Assembly (NCBI RefSeq): GCF_001457615.1
Contig: NZ_LN831024.1
Coordinates: 5,130,001-5,162,000, forward strand
Direction of reading: 5' to 3'
Length of the DNA: 32,000 nucleotides
Source of the DNA: Pseudomonas aeruginosa
Lineage (GTDB): Bacteria; Pseudomonadota; Gammaproteobacteria; Pseudomonadales; Pseudomonadaceae
Shown here: positions 8,667 through 20,369 of the stretch, piece after piece
Layout: the number at the start of each line of letters is the position of its first letter
How positions within the stretch are numbered: position 1 is the stretch's first letter
The notes under the pieces: generated by a model
What the model saw: the letters and a program-made list of their open reading frames with translations, nothing else
Databases searched by the model: none
Told to the model about the DNA's origin: nothing
Translations under genes and position numbers: made by a program

Positions 8667-11600
8667 ATGAAATCGGTACTCCACCAGATCGGCAAGACCT
8701 CGCTGGCAGCCGCGCTCAGCGGCGCCGTCCTGCTCTCCGCCCAGACCACCCACGCCGCCGCCCTGTCGGTCAGCCAGCAGCCGCTGATGCTGATCCAGGG
8801 CGTCGCCCCGAACATGCTGGTGACTCTCGACGACTCGGGCAGTATGGCTTATGCCTATGCACCGGATAGCCTGGTCAACAGCCGCAACAACGTCTATTTC
8901 GCGTCGAACAGCTACAACCCGATGTACTTCGACCCGAATACCCAGTACAAGCTGCCGAAAAAGGTGACCCTTTCCAATGGCCAGATCCAGGTGCAGGACT
9001 ATTCCAAGCCCAGCTTCACCGCGGCATGGCGCAACGGTTTCACTCAGGAAGGCCGGGTAAACCTTTCCCGTGACTACAGGCCAACGGTGCAGTACCAGGG
9101 CGGATCGGGAGCAGGCACCGAGTCCAGCATCGACTGGTACGGGGCTCCTGCCTTCTACTACCAATACAGCGGGGGCCGCGGTTGCAGCCTCACCACTTCG
9201 AGTTGCTACACCCGTGTGGAAATCAGCGGCGCGGCCCAGCAGCAGAACTTCGCCAACTGGTACTCCTTCTATCGTACCCGCGCCCTGGCCACCCAGACCG
9301 CCGCTAACCTGGCGTTCTACAGCCTGCCTGAAAACGCCCGGATCAGTTGGCAACTACTGAACAGTTCCTCGTGCCTGATCGGCAGTGGCTCCAGTAACTG
9401 TTACAACAACTACCTGAGAGACTTCACCGGGCAACATCGGGTGAACTTCTTCAACTGGCTGGAGAACCTGTCGGTCGGAGGTGGTACTCCGCTGCGTCAG
9501 GCCATGACTCGAGCAGGGGAGTTTCTCAAGAAGACCGGCGTCAACGGCCCCTATGCCTATCGACCTGGTACCCAGACCTCGCCGGAATACAGCTGCCGTG
9601 GCAGCTATCACATTCTGATGACCGATGGTCTTTGGAACAACGACTCGGCCAGCGTAGGCAATGCCGACAGCACGAGTCGTAGCCTCCCCGATGGCAAGAG
9701 CTACAGCAGCCAGACGCCTTACAGGGATGCTGCGTCCAATACCCTGGCCGACCAGGCCTTCCATTACTGGGCCACCGATGCCCGGCCGGATATCGACGAC
9801 AATATCAAGCCGTACATTCCCTACCCGGACCAGGCCAATCCCTCGGCGGAGTACTGGAATCCGCGCAACGATCCGGCGACCTGGCAGCACATGGTGACCT
9901 ATACCCTGGGCCTGGGCCTGACCACCAGCCTCACCAGCCCGAAGTGGGAGGGTTCCACCTACTCCGGCGGCTATGACGAAATCGCCGCCGGGCGCCTCAG
10001 CTGGCCGAACGCTTCGAATAACCATAGCAACAACGTCTATGACCTGTGGCACGCCGCAGTGAACTCCCGGGGCGAGTTCTTCAGCGCCGACTCGCCGGAC
10101 CAACTGGTCGCGGCCTTCCAGGACATCCTCAACCGAATTTCGGGCAAGGACCTGCCGGCATCCCGCCCCGCCATCAGCTCGTCCCTGCAGGAAGACGACA
10201 CTGGCGACAAGCTGACCCGCTTCGCCTACCAGACCAGCTTCGCCAGCGACAAGAACTGGGCTGGCGACCTGACCCGCTACAGCCTGACCACCCAGGACAA
10301 GGCCACCGTGCAGACCAAGCTGTGGAGCGCGCAGAGCATCCTCGACGCGATGCCCAACGGTGGAGCTGGCCGCAAGATCATGATGGCCGGATCCGGTACC
10401 TCGGGCCTCAAGGAGTTCACCTGGGGCAGCCTCAGCGCCGACCAGCAGCGGCAGTTGAACCGCGATCCGGACCGCAACGATGTCGCCGACACCAAGGGCC
10501 AGGACCGCGTGGCCTTCCTGCGCGGCGATCGCAGCAAGGAGAACAGCGACAACTTCCGCACCCGCAACTCGATCCTCGGCGATATCATCAACTCCTCGCC
10601 GGCGACGGTCGGCAAGGCCCAGTACCTGACCTACCTGGCCCAGCCGATCGAGCCCAGCGGCAACTACTCCACGTTCGCAGAAGCACAGAAAACCCGTGCC
10701 CCGCGGGTATACGTCGGCGCCAACGACGGCATGCTGCACGGTTTCGATACCGACGGTAACGAGACCTTCGCCTTCATCCCAAGCGCGGTCTTCGAGAAGC
10801 TCCACAAGTTGACCGCCCGCGGCTACCAGGGCGGCGCCCACCAGTTCTACGTCGACGGCTCGCCGGTGGTCGCCGACGCCTTCTTCGGCGGCGCCTGGCA
10901 TACCGTGCTGATCGGCAGCCTGCGCGCCGGCGGCAAGGGCCTGTTCGCCCTCGACGTGACCGATCCCGCCAACATCAAGCTGCTCTGGGAAATCGGCGTG
11001 GACCAGGAGCCCGACCTTGGCTACAGCTTCCCCAAACCCACGGTCGCCCGGCTGCACAACGGCAAGTGGGCTGTGGTCACCGGAAACGGTTATTCCAGCC
11101 TGAACGACAAGGCCGCGCTGCTGATCATCGACCTGGAGACCGGGGCCATCACCCGCAAACTGGAAGTCACCGGCAGGACCGGCGTACCCAACGGCCTATC
11201 CAGCCCTCGCCTGGCAGACAACAACAGCGACGGCGTAGCCGACTACGCCTACGCCGGCGACCTGCAAGGCAACCTCTGGCGCTTCGACCTGATCGCCGGC
11301 AAGGTCAACCAGGACGATCCGTTCAGCCGAGCCAACGACGGCCCGGCGGTGGCCTCGAGCTTCAGGGTGTCTTTCGGTGGCCAGCCGCTCTATTCGGCAG
11401 TCGACTCCGCCGGCGCGGCGCAAGCGATCACCGCCGCGCCCTCGCTGGTTCGCCATCCGACACGCAAGGGCTACATCGTGATCTTCGGTACCGGCAAGTA
11501 TTTCGAGAACGCCGACGCCCGGGCCGATACCAGCCGCGCCCAGACGCTCTACGGCATCTGGGACCAGCAAACCAAGGGCGAAGCCGCGGGCAGCACACCC

Positions 11601-12158
11601 CGACTGACGCGCGGCAACCTGCAGCAGCAGACACTGGACCTCCAGGCCGACTCGACCTTCGCCTCGACCGCTCGCACCATTCGCATCGCCAGTCAGAACC
11701 CGGTCAACTGGCTGAACAATGACGGCAGCACCAAGCAGTCCGGCTGGTATCTGGACTTCATGGTCAACGGCACCCTGAAGGGCGAGATGCTGATCGAGGA
11801 CATGATCGCCATCGGCCAGGTGGTGCTGCTGCAAACCATCACCCCGAACGATGACCCCTGTGCCGACGGCGCCAGCAACTGGACCTATGGCCTCGATCCC
11901 TATACCGGCGGTCGCACCAGCTTCACCGTGTTCGACCTGGCACGCCAGGGCGTCGTGGACTCGAAATCCGACTACAGCTACAACAAGCAGAACGTCGCGG
12001 TATCCGGTACCGAGCAGAAAGGCCTGGGAGGCTTGACGCTGAGCACCAACGAACAGGGCAATCCGGAAGTCTGCTCCTCGGGCGAATGCCTGACCGTGAA
12101 CCCCGGTCCGAACACCCGTGGCCGCCAGAACTGGCGCCCCATCGAAGGAAAGAACTGA
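8667..12158 (+). CDS. pilY1: Type IV pilus tip-associated adhesin/mechanosensor PilY1
   Basis: Signal peptide, N-terminal vWA-like MIDAS sequence (VTLDDSGSM), and a C-terminal beta-propeller region with a Ca-binding loop DNNSDGVAD (residues 851-859). Also DPDRNDVAD (600-608) and RGD (619-621). Confidence 0.97.
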   Translation: MKSVLHQIGKTSLAAALSGAVLLSAQTTHAAALSVSQQPLMLIQGVAPNMLVTLDDSGSMAYAYAPDSLVNSRNNVYFASNSYNPMYFDPNTQYKLPKKVTLSNGQIQVQDYSKPSFTAAWRNGFTQEGRVNLSRDYRPTVQYQGGSGAGTESSIDWYGAPAFYYQYSGGRGCSLTTSSCYTRVEISGAAQQQNFANWYSFYRTRALATQTAANLAFYSLPENARISWQLLNSSSCLIGSGSSNCYNNYLRDFTGQHRVNFFNWLENLSVGGGTPLRQAMTRAGEFLKKTGVNGPYAYRPGTQTSPEYSCRGSYHILMTDGLWNNDSASVGNADSTSRSLPDGKSYSSQTPYRDAASNTLADQAFHYWATDARPDIDDNIKPYIPYPDQANPSAEYWNPRNDPATWQHMVTYTLGLGLTTSLTSPKWEGSTYSGGYDEIAAGRLSWPNASNNHSNNVYDLWHAAVNSRGEFFSADSPDQLVAAFQDILNRISGKDLPASRPAISSSLQEDDTGDKLTRFAYQTSFASDKNWAGDLTRYSLTTQDKATVQTKLWSAQSILDAMPNGGAGRKIMMAGSGTSGLKEFTWGSLSADQQRQLNRDPDRNDVADTKGQDRVAFLRGDRSKENSDNFRTRNSILGDIINSSPATVGKAQYLTYLAQPIEPSGNYSTFAEAQKTRAPRVYVGANDGMLHGFDTDGNETFAFIPSAVFEKLHKLTARGYQGGAHQFYVDGSPVVADAFFGGAWHTVLIGSLRAGGKGLFALDVTDPANIKLLWEIGVDQEPDLGYSFPKPTVARLHNGKWAVVTGNGYSSLNDKAALLIIDLETGAITRKLEVTGRTGVPNGLSSPRLADNNSDGVADYAYAGDLQGNLWRFDLIAGKVNQDDPFSRANDGPAVASSFRVSFGGQPLYSAVDSAGAAQAITAAPSLVRHPTRKGYIVIFGTGKYFENADARADTSRAQTLYGIWDQQTKGEAAGSTPRLTRGNLQQQTLDLQADSTFASTARTIRIASQNPVNWLNNDGSTKQSGWYLDFMVNGTLKGEMLIEDMIAIGQVVLLQTITPNDDPCADGASNWTYGLDPYTGGRTSFTVFDLARQGVVDSKSDYSYNKQNVAVSGTEQKGLGGLTLSTNEQGNPEVCSSGECLTVNPGPNTRGRQNWRPIEGKN

Positions 12159-12159
12159 T

Positions 12160-12507
12160 ATGAAAGTGCTGCCTATGCTGCTGGCCCTGGCCGTTCCCGG
12201 CCTCTGCTGGGCCGAAGATCCCCAGACCTTCGAAGGCGCTGGCGTGGTCTTCGAAGTCCAGGTCGAGAAGAACCTGGTGGACATCGACCACCGGCTCTAC
12301 CGCCTGCCCAACAGCACCGTCAGGAACGGCATGCCCAGCCTGTTCCAGGTCAAGCCGGGCTCCGTGGTGTCCTACTCTGGCACCGTCAGCCAGCCGTGGT
12401 CCACCATCACCGATATCTACATTCACAAACAGATGAGCGAACAGGAGCTGGCCGAGATGATCGAGAAAGAACAGCCCCGCCAGGACGGGGAGGAGCAGCC
12501 CCGATGA
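12160..12507 (+). CDS. pilY2: PilY2, small exported protein of the minor pilin operon
   Basis: [26 protein letters not shown]...; 115 aa; lies between pilY1 and pilE. Confidence 0.9.
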
Positions 12508-12929
12508 GGACAAGACAGAAGGGCTTCACGTTGCTGGAAATGGTGGTGGTAGTGGCGGTGATCGGCATCCTCCTCGGCATCGCCATTCCCAGTTACCAGA
12601 ACTACGTGATCCGCTCCAACCGCACCGAGGGCCAGGCCCTGCTCTCGGACGCGGCCGCGCGCCAGGAACGCTACTACTCGCAGAACCCCGGGGTCGGCTA
12701 CACCAAGGACGTGGCCAAGCTGGGCATGAGTTCGGCCAACTCGCCGAACAACCTGTACAACCTCACCATAGCGACGCCCACCAGCACCACCTATACCCTG
12801 ACCGCCACGCCGATCAACTCGCAGACCCGCGACAAGACCTGCGGCAAGCTGACCCTCAATCAGCTCGGCGAACGCGGCGCAGCCGGCAAGACCGGCAACA
12901 ACAGCACCGTCAACGACTGCTGGCGCTGA
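12504..12929 (+). CDS. pilE: Minor pilin PilE
   Basis: [35 protein letters not shown]; 141 aa; ATGA overlap with pilY2. Confidence 0.95.
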
Positions 12930-12933
12930 AACG

Positions 12934-12962
12934 AAAGAGCCCCTCTACGAGAGGGGCTCTTT
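12934..12962 (+). terminator. Terminator between the convergent genes pilE and ispH
   Basis: Perfect 13-bp stem AAAGAGCCCCTCT / AGAGGGGCTCTTT with a 3-nt loop. The T-tract is short. Confidence 0.8.
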
Positions 12963-12975
12963 CATTGCGCACGGT

Positions 12976-13920
12976 TCACAAAGCCTTGACCCGCAGTTCC
13001 TTGGGCATCGAGAAGGTAATGTTCTCCTCCCGCCCCTCCAGTTCCTGCTCCTCCGACGCCCCCCACTCGCGTAGCTGGGCGATCACGCCGCGCACCAGCA
13101 CTTCCGGCGCGGAAGCGCCTGCGGTGATTCCGATGCGACGCACACCGTCGAACCAGCCGCGTTGCATGTCCTCGGCGCCGTCGATCAGGTAGGCCGGCGT
13201 GCCCATCCGCTCGGCGAGTTCGCGCAGGCGGTTGGAGTTGGAACTGTTGGGGCTGCCCACCACCAGGACCATGTCGCACTGGTCGGCCAGTTCCTTCACG
13301 GCATCCTGGCGGTTCTGGGTGGCATAGCAGATGTCGTTCTTGCGCGGTCCCTGGATCTGCGGGAACTTGGCGCGCAGGGCATCGATGACCTTCGAGGTGT
13401 CGTCCATCGACAGGGTCGTCTGGGTCACGTAGTGCAGGGCTTCGGGCTTGCGCACCTCCAGCGCGGCGACGTCGGCCTCGTCCTCCACTAGGTAGATGGC
13501 ACCACCGTTGCTGGCATCGTACTGGCCCATGGTGCCTTCCACCTCGGGGTGCCCTTCATGCCCGATCAGCACGCATTCGTGGCCGTCGCGGCTGTAGCGC
13601 ACCACTTCCATGTGCACTTTGGTCACCAGCGGGCAGGTCGCGTCGAAAACCTTCAGGCCGCGCCCCTCGGCTTCCTTGCGGACCGCCTGGGAAACGCCGT
13701 GGGCGCTGAAGATGACGATGACGTTGTTCGGCACCTGATCGAGTTCCTCGACGAAGATGGCGCCGCGCTGGCGCAGGTTGTCCACGACGAACTTGTTGTG
13801 CACCACCTCGTGACGCACGTAGATCGGCGGACCGAAGACATCGAGGGCACGGTTGACGATCTCGATGGCGCGATCCACGCCGGCGCAGAAGCCGCGGGGA
13901 TTGGCGAGTTTGATTTGCAT
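12976..13920 (-). CDS. ispH: 4-hydroxy-3-methylbut-2-enyl diphosphate reductase IspH (LytB)
   Basis: [26 protein letters not shown]...; conserved Cys residues and [10 protein letters not shown]; 314 aa. Confidence 0.97.
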   Translation of the reverse strand: MQIKLANPRGFCAGVDRAIEIVNRALDVFGPPIYVRHEVVHNKFVVDNLRQRGAIFVEELDQVPNNVIVIFSAHGVSQAVRKEAEGRGLKVFDATCPLVTKVHMEVVRYSRDGHECVLIGHEGHPEVEGTMGQYDASNGGAIYLVEDEADVAALEVRKPEALHYVTQTTLSMDDTSKVIDALRAKFPQIQGPRKNDICYATQNRQDAVKELADQCDMVLVVGSPNSSNSNRLRELAERMGTPAYLIDGAEDMQRGWFDGVRRIGITAGASAPEVLVRGVIAQLREWGASEEQELEGREENITFSMPKELRVKAL

Positions 13921-14005
13921 GGCGGTCTCGTGGGCGACGCGGTGATTGGACGAATGAACCTTGCTACCGCCCTCCCCGCTTGGGAAGGGCGCAGCGACCG
14001 ACGGT

Positions 14006-14446
14006 TCAGGCCGGCTGGACGTCGATGATCTCGACTTCGAAGGCCAGGGTCTTGCCGGCCAGCGGATGATTGAAGTCGACGGTAACCTGCTGCTCATCGA
14101 ACGCCTTGACCACGCCCGGCAGTTCGGTCTTGGCCGCGTCGTTGAAGATCACCAGCAGGCCCTCGGCCAGCTCCATGTCCTGGAACTGGTCGCGCGGCAT
14201 GATCTGCACGTTCTGCGGATTCGGCTGGCCGAAACCCTGCTCGGGAAGAATGCTCAGGGTGCGCTTGTCGCCAGCCTTCAAGCCGAACAGCGCCTGTTCG
14301 AAGCCCGGCAGCAGGTTGCCGTCGCCGACCTTGAACGAGGCCGGCTGCTTGTCGAAGGTGCTGTCGACGACGTTGCCGTCCTCCAGCTTGAGGGCGAAAT
14401 GCAGGGTGACGCGGCTCTCCTGGCCAATGCGGGTCGACTCAGCCAT
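14006..14446 (-). CDS. fkpB: FKBP-type peptidyl-prolyl isomerase, SlpA/FkpB type
   Basis: [31 protein letters not shown]...[16 protein letters not shown]; 146 aa; adjacent to lspA and ispH as in other proteobacteria. Confidence 0.9.
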   Translation of the reverse strand: MAESTRIGQESRVTLHFALKLEDGNVVDSTFDKQPASFKVGDGNLLPGFEQALFGLKAGDKRTLSILPEQGFGQPNPQNVQIMPRDQFQDMELAEGLLVIFNDAAKTELPGVVKAFDEQQVTVDFNHPLAGKTLAFEVEIIDVQPA

Positions 14447-14948
14447 GGGCGGCTTCTCCGGATTTCTTCGATCTGAACATGTCGAGCGCCAGCATGACGG
14501 CGCCGACGGTGATGGCGCTATCGGCCAGGTTGAACGCCGGGAAGTACCAGCGGTTCTGCCAGTGCACCAGGATGAAGTCCACCACGTGGCCAAGAACCAT
14601 GCGGTCGTAGAGGTTGCCCAGGGCGCCACCGAGCACCAGCGCCAGGGCGATGGCCAACCAGGTCTCGCCTTTCTTCAGGCGTTTCAGCCAGACCACCAGG
14701 ATCGCGCTGACGACGATGGCGATCAGGGCGAACAGCCAGCGCTGCCAGCCCGAGCTGTCGGCCAGGAAGCTGAAGGCGGCACCGGTGTTGTAGGCCAGGG
14801 TCCAGCTGAACAGATCAGGGATCACCACGATCTGCTGGTACATGCTCAGTTCGGCCTGGAAGAACGCCTTGCTGACCTGGTCGAGGACGAACACCAGCAC
14901 GGTGATCCACAACCAGGGCAAGCGCCCGAAACGATCGACGTCAGGCAT
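14439..14948 (-). CDS. lspA: Prolipoprotein signal peptidase (LspA)
   Basis: 169 aa with four hydrophobic segments and catalytic-region motifs [10 protein letters not shown] and [11 protein letters not shown]. Confidence 0.97.
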   Translation of the reverse strand: MPDVDRFGRLPWLWITVLVFVLDQVSKAFFQAELSMYQQIVVIPDLFSWTLAYNTGAAFSFLADSSGWQRWLFALIAIVVSAILVVWLKRLKKGETWLAIALALVLGGALGNLYDRMVLGHVVDFILVHWQNRWYFPAFNLADSAITVGAVMLALDMFRSKKSGEAAHG

Positions 14949-17772
14949 AGTGGCGAACCTCGCCGCTGCCTTCGATGTTCTCGATGCAGCGACCGCACAG
15001 GTCAGGATGCGCAGCGTGCTGACCGACGTCCTCGCGATGGTGCCAGCAACGACCGCACTTGGCGTGGGTCGACTTGACCACTTTCAGCTTGAGGCCGGCG
15101 ACTTCGCTGTCCACCGCGTCGGCCGGAGCCGCCGACAGCGGCGCCAGGGTCGCGGTCGAGGTGATCAGGACGAAGCGTAGCTCGTTGCCCAGCTTGGCCA
15201 ATTGGGCCTGCAGCGCGTCTTCCGCATACAGGGTGACCTCGGCCTGCAGGTTGCCGCCCACGGCCTTGGCCGCGCGCTGGTTCTCCAGCTCCTTGTTGAC
15301 CGCGGCCTTCACCGCCATGACCTGCTCCCAGTACTGGCGATTCAGCGTCACGTCGGCCGGCAGTTCGCTGAGGCCGTCGTACCAGGTGGCGAGCATTACC
15401 GACTCGGCACGCTCGCCGGGCAGGAATTTCCAGACTTCCTCGGCGGTGAACGCCAGGATCGGGGCGATCCAGCGCACGAGGGCCTCGGCGATGTGGAACA
15501 GTGCGGTCTGGCAGGAGCGCCGGGCGACGCTGTTGGCGCCGGTGGTGTACTGGCGGTCCTTGATGATGTCCAGGTAGAACCCGCCCAGCTCCTGTACGCA
15601 GAAGTTGTGCACCTTGGAATAGACGTTCCAGAAGCGGTACTCGCGGTACGCCTCTTCGATCTCGCGCTGCAAGAGCAGGGCGCGATCGACCGCCCAGCGA
15701 TCCAGGGCCAGCATTTCCTGGGGCGGCAGCAGATCCGTGGCCGGATCGAAACCGTTCAGGTTGGACAGCAGGAAGCGCGTGGTATTGCGGATCCGCCGGT
15801 AGGCATCGGCGCTACGCTGGAGAATCTGCTGGGATACCGCGATCTCGCCCGAGTAATCGGTCGAAGCCACCCACAGGCGCAGGATGTCGGCGCCCAGGGT
15901 ATCGATGACGGTCTGCGGCACCACGGTGTTGCCCAGCGACTTGGACATCTTGCGGCCGGACTCGTCGACGGTGAAACCGTGGGTCAGCAACTGGCGGTAC
16001 GGCGCATGGTTGTCGATCGCGCAGCCGGTCAGCAGCGAGGAGTGGAACCAGCCGCGGTGCTGGTCGGAACCTTCCAGGTAGAGATCGGCGACCGGGCCGC
16101 TGGCATGGCCGATCCGGTGGGAACCACGCAGCACGTGCCAATGGGTGGTGCCGGAGTCGAACCAGACGTCCAGGGTGTCGTTGATCTTCTCGTACTGCGC
16201 GGCCTCCTCGCCGAGCAGCTCGGCGGCGTCGAGCTTGAACCAGGCTTCGATGCCTTCCTTCTCGACTCGCTGCGCGACCTCTTCCATCAGCTCCACGGTG
16301 CGTGGATGCAGTTCGCCACTGGCCTTGTGCAGGAAGAACGGGATCGGTACGCCCCAGTTGCGCTGGCGCGAGATGCACCAGTCGGGACGCCCGGCGATCA
16401 TTCCGTGCAGGCGCGCCTGGCCCCAGCCCGGGACGAATTCGGTCTGGGTGATGGCTTCCAGCGCTCGCTCGCGCAGGGAAGCACCCTGCCTGGGCTGCTT
16501 GTCCATGCCGACGAACCACTGCGCGGTGGCGCGATAGATCAGCGGCGTCTTGTGCCGCCAGCAGTGCATGTAGCTGTGATTGATGGTTTCGTGGGCCAGC
16601 AGGCTGCCGACCTCTTCCAGCTTGGCCACCACGTTGGGGTTGGCCTTCCAGATGAACTGGCCGCCGAAGAACGGCAACGAGTCGACGTAGACGCCGTTGC
16701 TCTGCACCGGGCTGAGGATGTCGTCGTTGCTCATCCCGTAGCGCTTGCAGGTATAGAAGTCGTCTTCGCCGTAGGCCGGCGACGAGTGGACGATACCGGT
16801 GCCGGCATCGAGGGCCACGTAGTCGGCCAGGTAGACCGGCGACAGGCGCTCGTAGAACGGATGGCGGAAGTTGATCAGTTCCAGCGCCTCGCCCTTGGCG
16901 GTGGCGACCACCTTGCCCTCGCGCTGGTAGCGCGCCAGGCAGGACTCGACCAGGGCCTCGGCCAGCACCAGGTAGCGATCGCCGGCATCGACCAGCGCGT
17001 AGTCGATCTCCGGATGCACGTTCAGCGCCTGGTTGGCGGGGATGGTCCAGGGCGTGGTGGTCCAGATGACGATCTGCGCCGGCTTGTCCAGGGCCGCCAG
17101 GCCGAAGGCCGCGGCCAGCTTGTCGGCATCCGCCACCGGGAAGCCGACGTCGATGGTCGGCGACTTCTTGTCGGCGTACTCGACCTCGGCCTCGGCCAGC
17201 GCCGAACCACAGTCGAAGCACCAGTTGACCGGCTTCAGGCCCTTGAACACGAAGTCCTGCTTGACCATTTCCGCGAGGGCGCGGATTTCGTTCGCCTCGT
17301 TGGCGAAATTCATGGTCTTGTAGGGGTTGTCCCACTCGCCGAGCACGCCCAGGCGAATGAAGTCGGCCTTCTGCCCTTCGATCTGCTCGGCCGCGTATTC
17401 GCGGCACAGTTCGCGGGTCTTGTCCGCCGGAAGATTCTTGCCGTGGGTGGTCTCGACCTTGTGCTCGATGGGCAGGCCGTGGCAATCCCAGCCCGGCACA
17501 TAGGGCGCGTCGTAGCCCGCCAGGGTCTTGGAGCGGACAATGATGTCCTTGAGAATCTTGTTGACCGCGTGACCGATGTGAATGCTGCCGTTGGCGTACG
17601 GAGGGCCATCGTGCAGGACGAACTTCGGACGGTCGCCGCCAATGGCCCGCAGCTTCTGGTACAGACCGATGTCGTTCCAGAACTTCAGGGTTTCCGGCTC
17701 GCGCTGGGGCAGGCCGGCTTTCATTGGGAAGGCGGTTTCCGGAAGGTTTAGCGTCGCTTTGTAGTCGGTCAT
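14941..17772 (-). CDS. ileS: Isoleucyl-tRNA synthetase
   Basis: 943 aa; HIGH motif [16 protein letters not shown] motif, and C-terminal zinc ligands CGRCWHH..CGRC. Confidence 0.99.
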   Translation of the reverse strand: MTDYKATLNLPETAFPMKAGLPQREPETLKFWNDIGLYQKLRAIGGDRPKFVLHDGPPYANGSIHIGHAVNKILKDIIVRSKTLAGYDAPYVPGWDCHGLPIEHKVETTHGKNLPADKTRELCREYAAEQIEGQKADFIRLGVLGEWDNPYKTMNFANEANEIRALAEMVKQDFVFKGLKPVNWCFDCGSALAEAEVEYADKKSPTIDVGFPVADADKLAAAFGLAALDKPAQIVIWTTTPWTIPANQALNVHPEIDYALVDAGDRYLVLAEALVESCLARYQREGKVVATAKGEALELINFRHPFYERLSPVYLADYVALDAGTGIVHSSPAYGEDDFYTCKRYGMSNDDILSPVQSNGVYVDSLPFFGGQFIWKANPNVVAKLEEVGSLLAHETINHSYMHCWRHKTPLIYRATAQWFVGMDKQPRQGASLRERALEAITQTEFVPGWGQARLHGMIAGRPDWCISRQRNWGVPIPFFLHKASGELHPRTVELMEEVAQRVEKEGIEAWFKLDAAELLGEEAAQYEKINDTLDVWFDSGTTHWHVLRGSHRIGHASGPVADLYLEGSDQHRGWFHSSLLTGCAIDNHAPYRQLLTHGFTVDESGRKMSKSLGNTVVPQTVIDTLGADILRLWVASTDYSGEIAVSQQILQRSADAYRRIRNTTRFLLSNLNGFDPATDLLPPQEMLALDRWAVDRALLLQREIEEAYREYRFWNVYSKVHNFCVQELGGFYLDIIKDRQYTTGANSVARRSCQTALFHIAEALVRWIAPILAFTAEEVWKFLPGERAESVMLATWYDGLSELPADVTLNRQYWEQVMAVKAAVNKELENQRAAKAVGGNLQAEVTLYAEDALQAQLAKLGNELRFVLITSTATLAPLSAAPADAVDSEVAGLKLKVVKSTHAKCGRCWHHREDVGQHAAHPDLCGRCIENIEGSGEVRHYA

Positions 17773-17795
17773 CTCAGGGCCTGTTCAGGATCTCT

Positions 17796-18734
17796 TCAAT
17801 CAAGCGGTTGGCCCAGCCAGTAGGCCCGGGCGGCGGCGATATCCGCGAGAATCGCCGCCTTGAGTGCCTCCAGGGAGGCAAAACGCTGCTCGTCGCGCAG
17901 CTTCTGGTGGAAGGTCACCTGCAGATGCCGGCCGTATAGATCGCCGGCGAAATCGAGCAGGTGCACTTCCAGATGGGGACGGCCGTCGCCGTTCACCGAA
18001 GGGCGGGTGCCGATGTTCGCCACCCCCTGGCAACGCTGACCATCGACCAGCGTACTGACCAGGTAGACCCCGTTCAACGGCGCCTTGCGCCGTTTCAGTT
18101 GAATGTTGGCCGTGGGCGAGCCCAGTTGCCGGCCGAGTTTCTGTCCATGCAGGACCCGTCCGCTCAGGCTGAAGGGACGCCCCAGAAGGCGCTCGGCGAG
18201 ATGCAGGTCGCCCTCGGCCAGGGCCTGGCGGACCCGCGTGCTGCTCACCCGCACGCCGTCCAGTTCGACGGTGGCGGCCGCCTCGACGGTGAACCCCTGC
18301 TCGCGACTGGCGTTCACCAGGAAGGCGAAGTCACCGGAGCGGTCGCAGCCGAAACGGAAATCGTCGCCCACTTCAAGGTGCCGCACCGCCAGTCCATCGA
18401 CCAGGACCTGGCGGACGAACTCGGCTGCCGACAGCTCGCGCAAGCGGCGGTTGAAGGCCAGGCAGAGCACCACGTCGACGCCCTGCCCACGCAGCAACTC
18501 GAGTTTCTCGCGCAGGCGGGTCAGACGCACCGGCGCCGAATCGGGGGAGAAGAACTCGCGCGGCTGCGGCTCGAAAATCACCACGCAGCTGGGTACGCCC
18601 AGCTCCAGCGAGCGCTCGCGCAGACGCGCCAGGATAGCCTGGTGCCCGAGGTGGACGCCGTCGAAGTTACCGATGGTGGCGACGCAGCCCCCGGCCAGGG
18701 GCTGCAGGTTGTGTAGTCCGCGAAGCAGCTGCAT
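17796..18734 (-). CDS. ribF: Bifunctional riboflavin kinase/FAD synthetase
   Basis: IGNFDGVHLGHQAIL nucleotidyltransferase motif and a C-terminal flavokinase region (GVANIGTRPSVNG..LEVHLLDF); 312 aa. Confidence 0.97.
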   Translation of the reverse strand: MQLLRGLHNLQPLAGGCVATIGNFDGVHLGHQAILARLRERSLELGVPSCVVIFEPQPREFFSPDSAPVRLTRLREKLELLRGQGVDVVLCLAFNRRLRELSAAEFVRQVLVDGLAVRHLEVGDDFRFGCDRSGDFAFLVNASREQGFTVEAAATVELDGVRVSSTRVRQALAEGDLHLAERLLGRPFSLSGRVLHGQKLGRQLGSPTANIQLKRRKAPLNGVYLVSTLVDGQRCQGVANIGTRPSVNGDGRPHLEVHLLDFAGDLYGRHLQVTFHQKLRDEQRFASLEALKAAILADIAAARAYWLGQPLD

Positions 18735-18830
18735 AGCACGCTTATTGCTCAGAAAGTGGTCGATTATACGCGTACCGGGCGCCGGACAACAGGCAAAACG
18801 GCATGATCCCGCCGCCAGCCCGGACGCGCT

Positions 18831-20369
18831 TCACAGCACCGCCCGACGGGAAAAGTCGCGCAGGCGGAAACCCAGCAGCGCGAGCATACCGAAATAGGCC
18901 AGGAGACCGGCAACCACCAGCAGGCCGAGGCGCAGGAATCGCTCCAGCATGGCGCCCTGCTCCCAGGCCGGCAGCCAGTGCATCGTGGCCAGCAGCACCG
19001 CCGACATCGCCAGCACCGCGACCACCAGCTTGACCAGGAACTTCGCCCAGCCCGGTTGCGGCAGGTACAGACGCTGCTTGCGCAGTTGCCAGTAGAGCAG
19101 CCCGGCATTCAGGCAGGCCGCCAGGCCGATGGACAGGGCCAGACCGGCATGCTGAAGCGGGCCGATGAAGGCCAGGTTCATCAGCTGGGTGGAAACCAGG
19201 GTGAAGAGCGCGATCTTCACTGGCGTACGGATGTTCTGCTGGGCATAGAAGCCCGGCGCAAGAACCTTGACCAGGATGATGCCGAGCAGGCCGACGGAGT
19301 AGGCCACCAGCGCGCGCTGGGTCATCGCCGCGTCCACCGTGGTGAACTTGCCGTACTGGAACAGCGAGACGGTCAGAGGTTCGGCGAGGATCGCCAGGGC
19401 CAGGGAACAGGGCAGCACCAGCAGGAAGCACAGGCGCAGGCCCCAGTCGAGCAGGCGCGAGTACTCATGGCGATCCTTGTTCGAATAGGTCTTCGCCAGC
19501 ATCGGCAGGAGGATCGTCCCCAGCGCCACGCCCAATACGCCGGAAGGCAGCTCCATCAGGCGGTCGGCGTAGTACATCCAGGACACCGAACCGGCTGCCA
19601 GGAACGAAGCGAAGATGGTGTTGATGATCAGCGAGATCTGGCTCACCGAGACCCCCAGGATGGCCGGCAGCATCAGCTTCATCACCCGCCAGACGCCGCT
19701 GTCCCTGAGGTTCAGGCGCGGCAGCACGAGCATGCCGATCTTCCTCAGGTGCGGCAGCTGATAGAGGAGCTGCAACAGGCCGCCGGCCAGCACCGCCCAG
19801 CCCAGCACCATGACCGGCGGATCGAAATAAGGCGTGAGGAACAGCGCGAAGCCGATCATTGCGACGTTCAGCAGGGTCGGCACGAAGGCCGGCACCGAGA
19901 AGCGGTTCCAGGTGTTGAGGATCGCGCCGGCCAGGGACGACAGCGAGATCAGCAATATATAAGGAAAGGTCACCCGCAGCAGGTCGGTGGTCAGGGCGAA
20001 CTTTTCCGGGGTATCGGCGAAGCCCGGAGCGGTGACCCAGATAACCCAGGGCGCGGCGAAGATGCCGAGCGCCGTGACCAGCGCCAGCACCAGCGTGAGC
20101 AAGCCGGAAACGTAGGCGATGAAGGTCCGCGTCGCCTCCTCGCCCTGCTGGTTCTTGTACTCTGCCAGGATCGGCACGAAAGCCTGGGAAAACGCCCCCT
20201 CGGCGAAGATCCGCCGCAACAGGTTGGGCAGCTTGAAGGCGACGAAAAAGGCGTCGGTGGCGAGGCCGGCACCGAAGATCCGCGCCAGGATGGTATCGCG
20301 GACGAAGCCGAGGACCCGCGACAGCATGGTGATGGAACTCACCGCCGCCAATGATTTGAGAAGATTCAT
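18831..20369 (-). CDS. murJ: Lipid II flippase MurJ (MviN)
   Basis: [35 protein letters not shown]...; 512 aa polytopic protein of the MOP superfamily. Confidence 0.97.
   Translation of the reverse strand: MNLLKSLAAVSSITMLSRVLGFVRDTILARIFGAGLATDAFFVAFKLPNLLRRIFAEGAFSQAFVPILAEYKNQQGEEATRTFIAYVSGLLTLVLALVTALGIFAAPWVIWVTAPGFADTPEKFALTTDLLRVTFPYILLISLSSLAGAILNTWNRFSVPAFVPTLLNVAMIGFALFLTPYFDPPVMVLGWAVLAGGLLQLLYQLPHLRKIGMLVLPRLNLRDSGVWRVMKLMLPAILGVSVSQISLIINTIFASFLAAGSVSWMYYADRLMELPSGVLGVALGTILLPMLAKTYSNKDRHEYSRLLDWGLRLCFLLVLPCSLALAILAEPLTVSLFQYGKFTTVDAAMTQRALVAYSVGLLGIILVKVLAPGFYAQQNIRTPVKIALFTLVSTQLMNLAFIGPLQHAGLALSIGLAACLNAGLLYWQLRKQRLYLPQPGWAKFLVKLVVAVLAMSAVLLATMHWLPAWEQGAMLERFLRLGLLVVAGLLAYFGMLALLGFRLRDFSRRAVL

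Noticed and set aside
9354-11057. 567-aa minus-strand ORF antisense to pilY1
   Set aside because: No start-site or domain support, and pilY1 matches known protein features throughout.
13921-14005. Gap between fkpB and ispH as a possible small RNA or regulatory element
   Set aside because: Only 85 nt with no strong hairpin or promoter. Consistent with an ordinary intra-operon spacer.
15202-17751. 849-aa plus-strand ORF opposite ileS, plus other long ORFs in the region (15812-17485 minus)
   Set aside because: Shadow ORFs from strong GC3 bias: low-complexity Ala/Arg/Gly/Val-rich translations with no family features. The real gene is ileS, with HIGH and KMSKS motifs.
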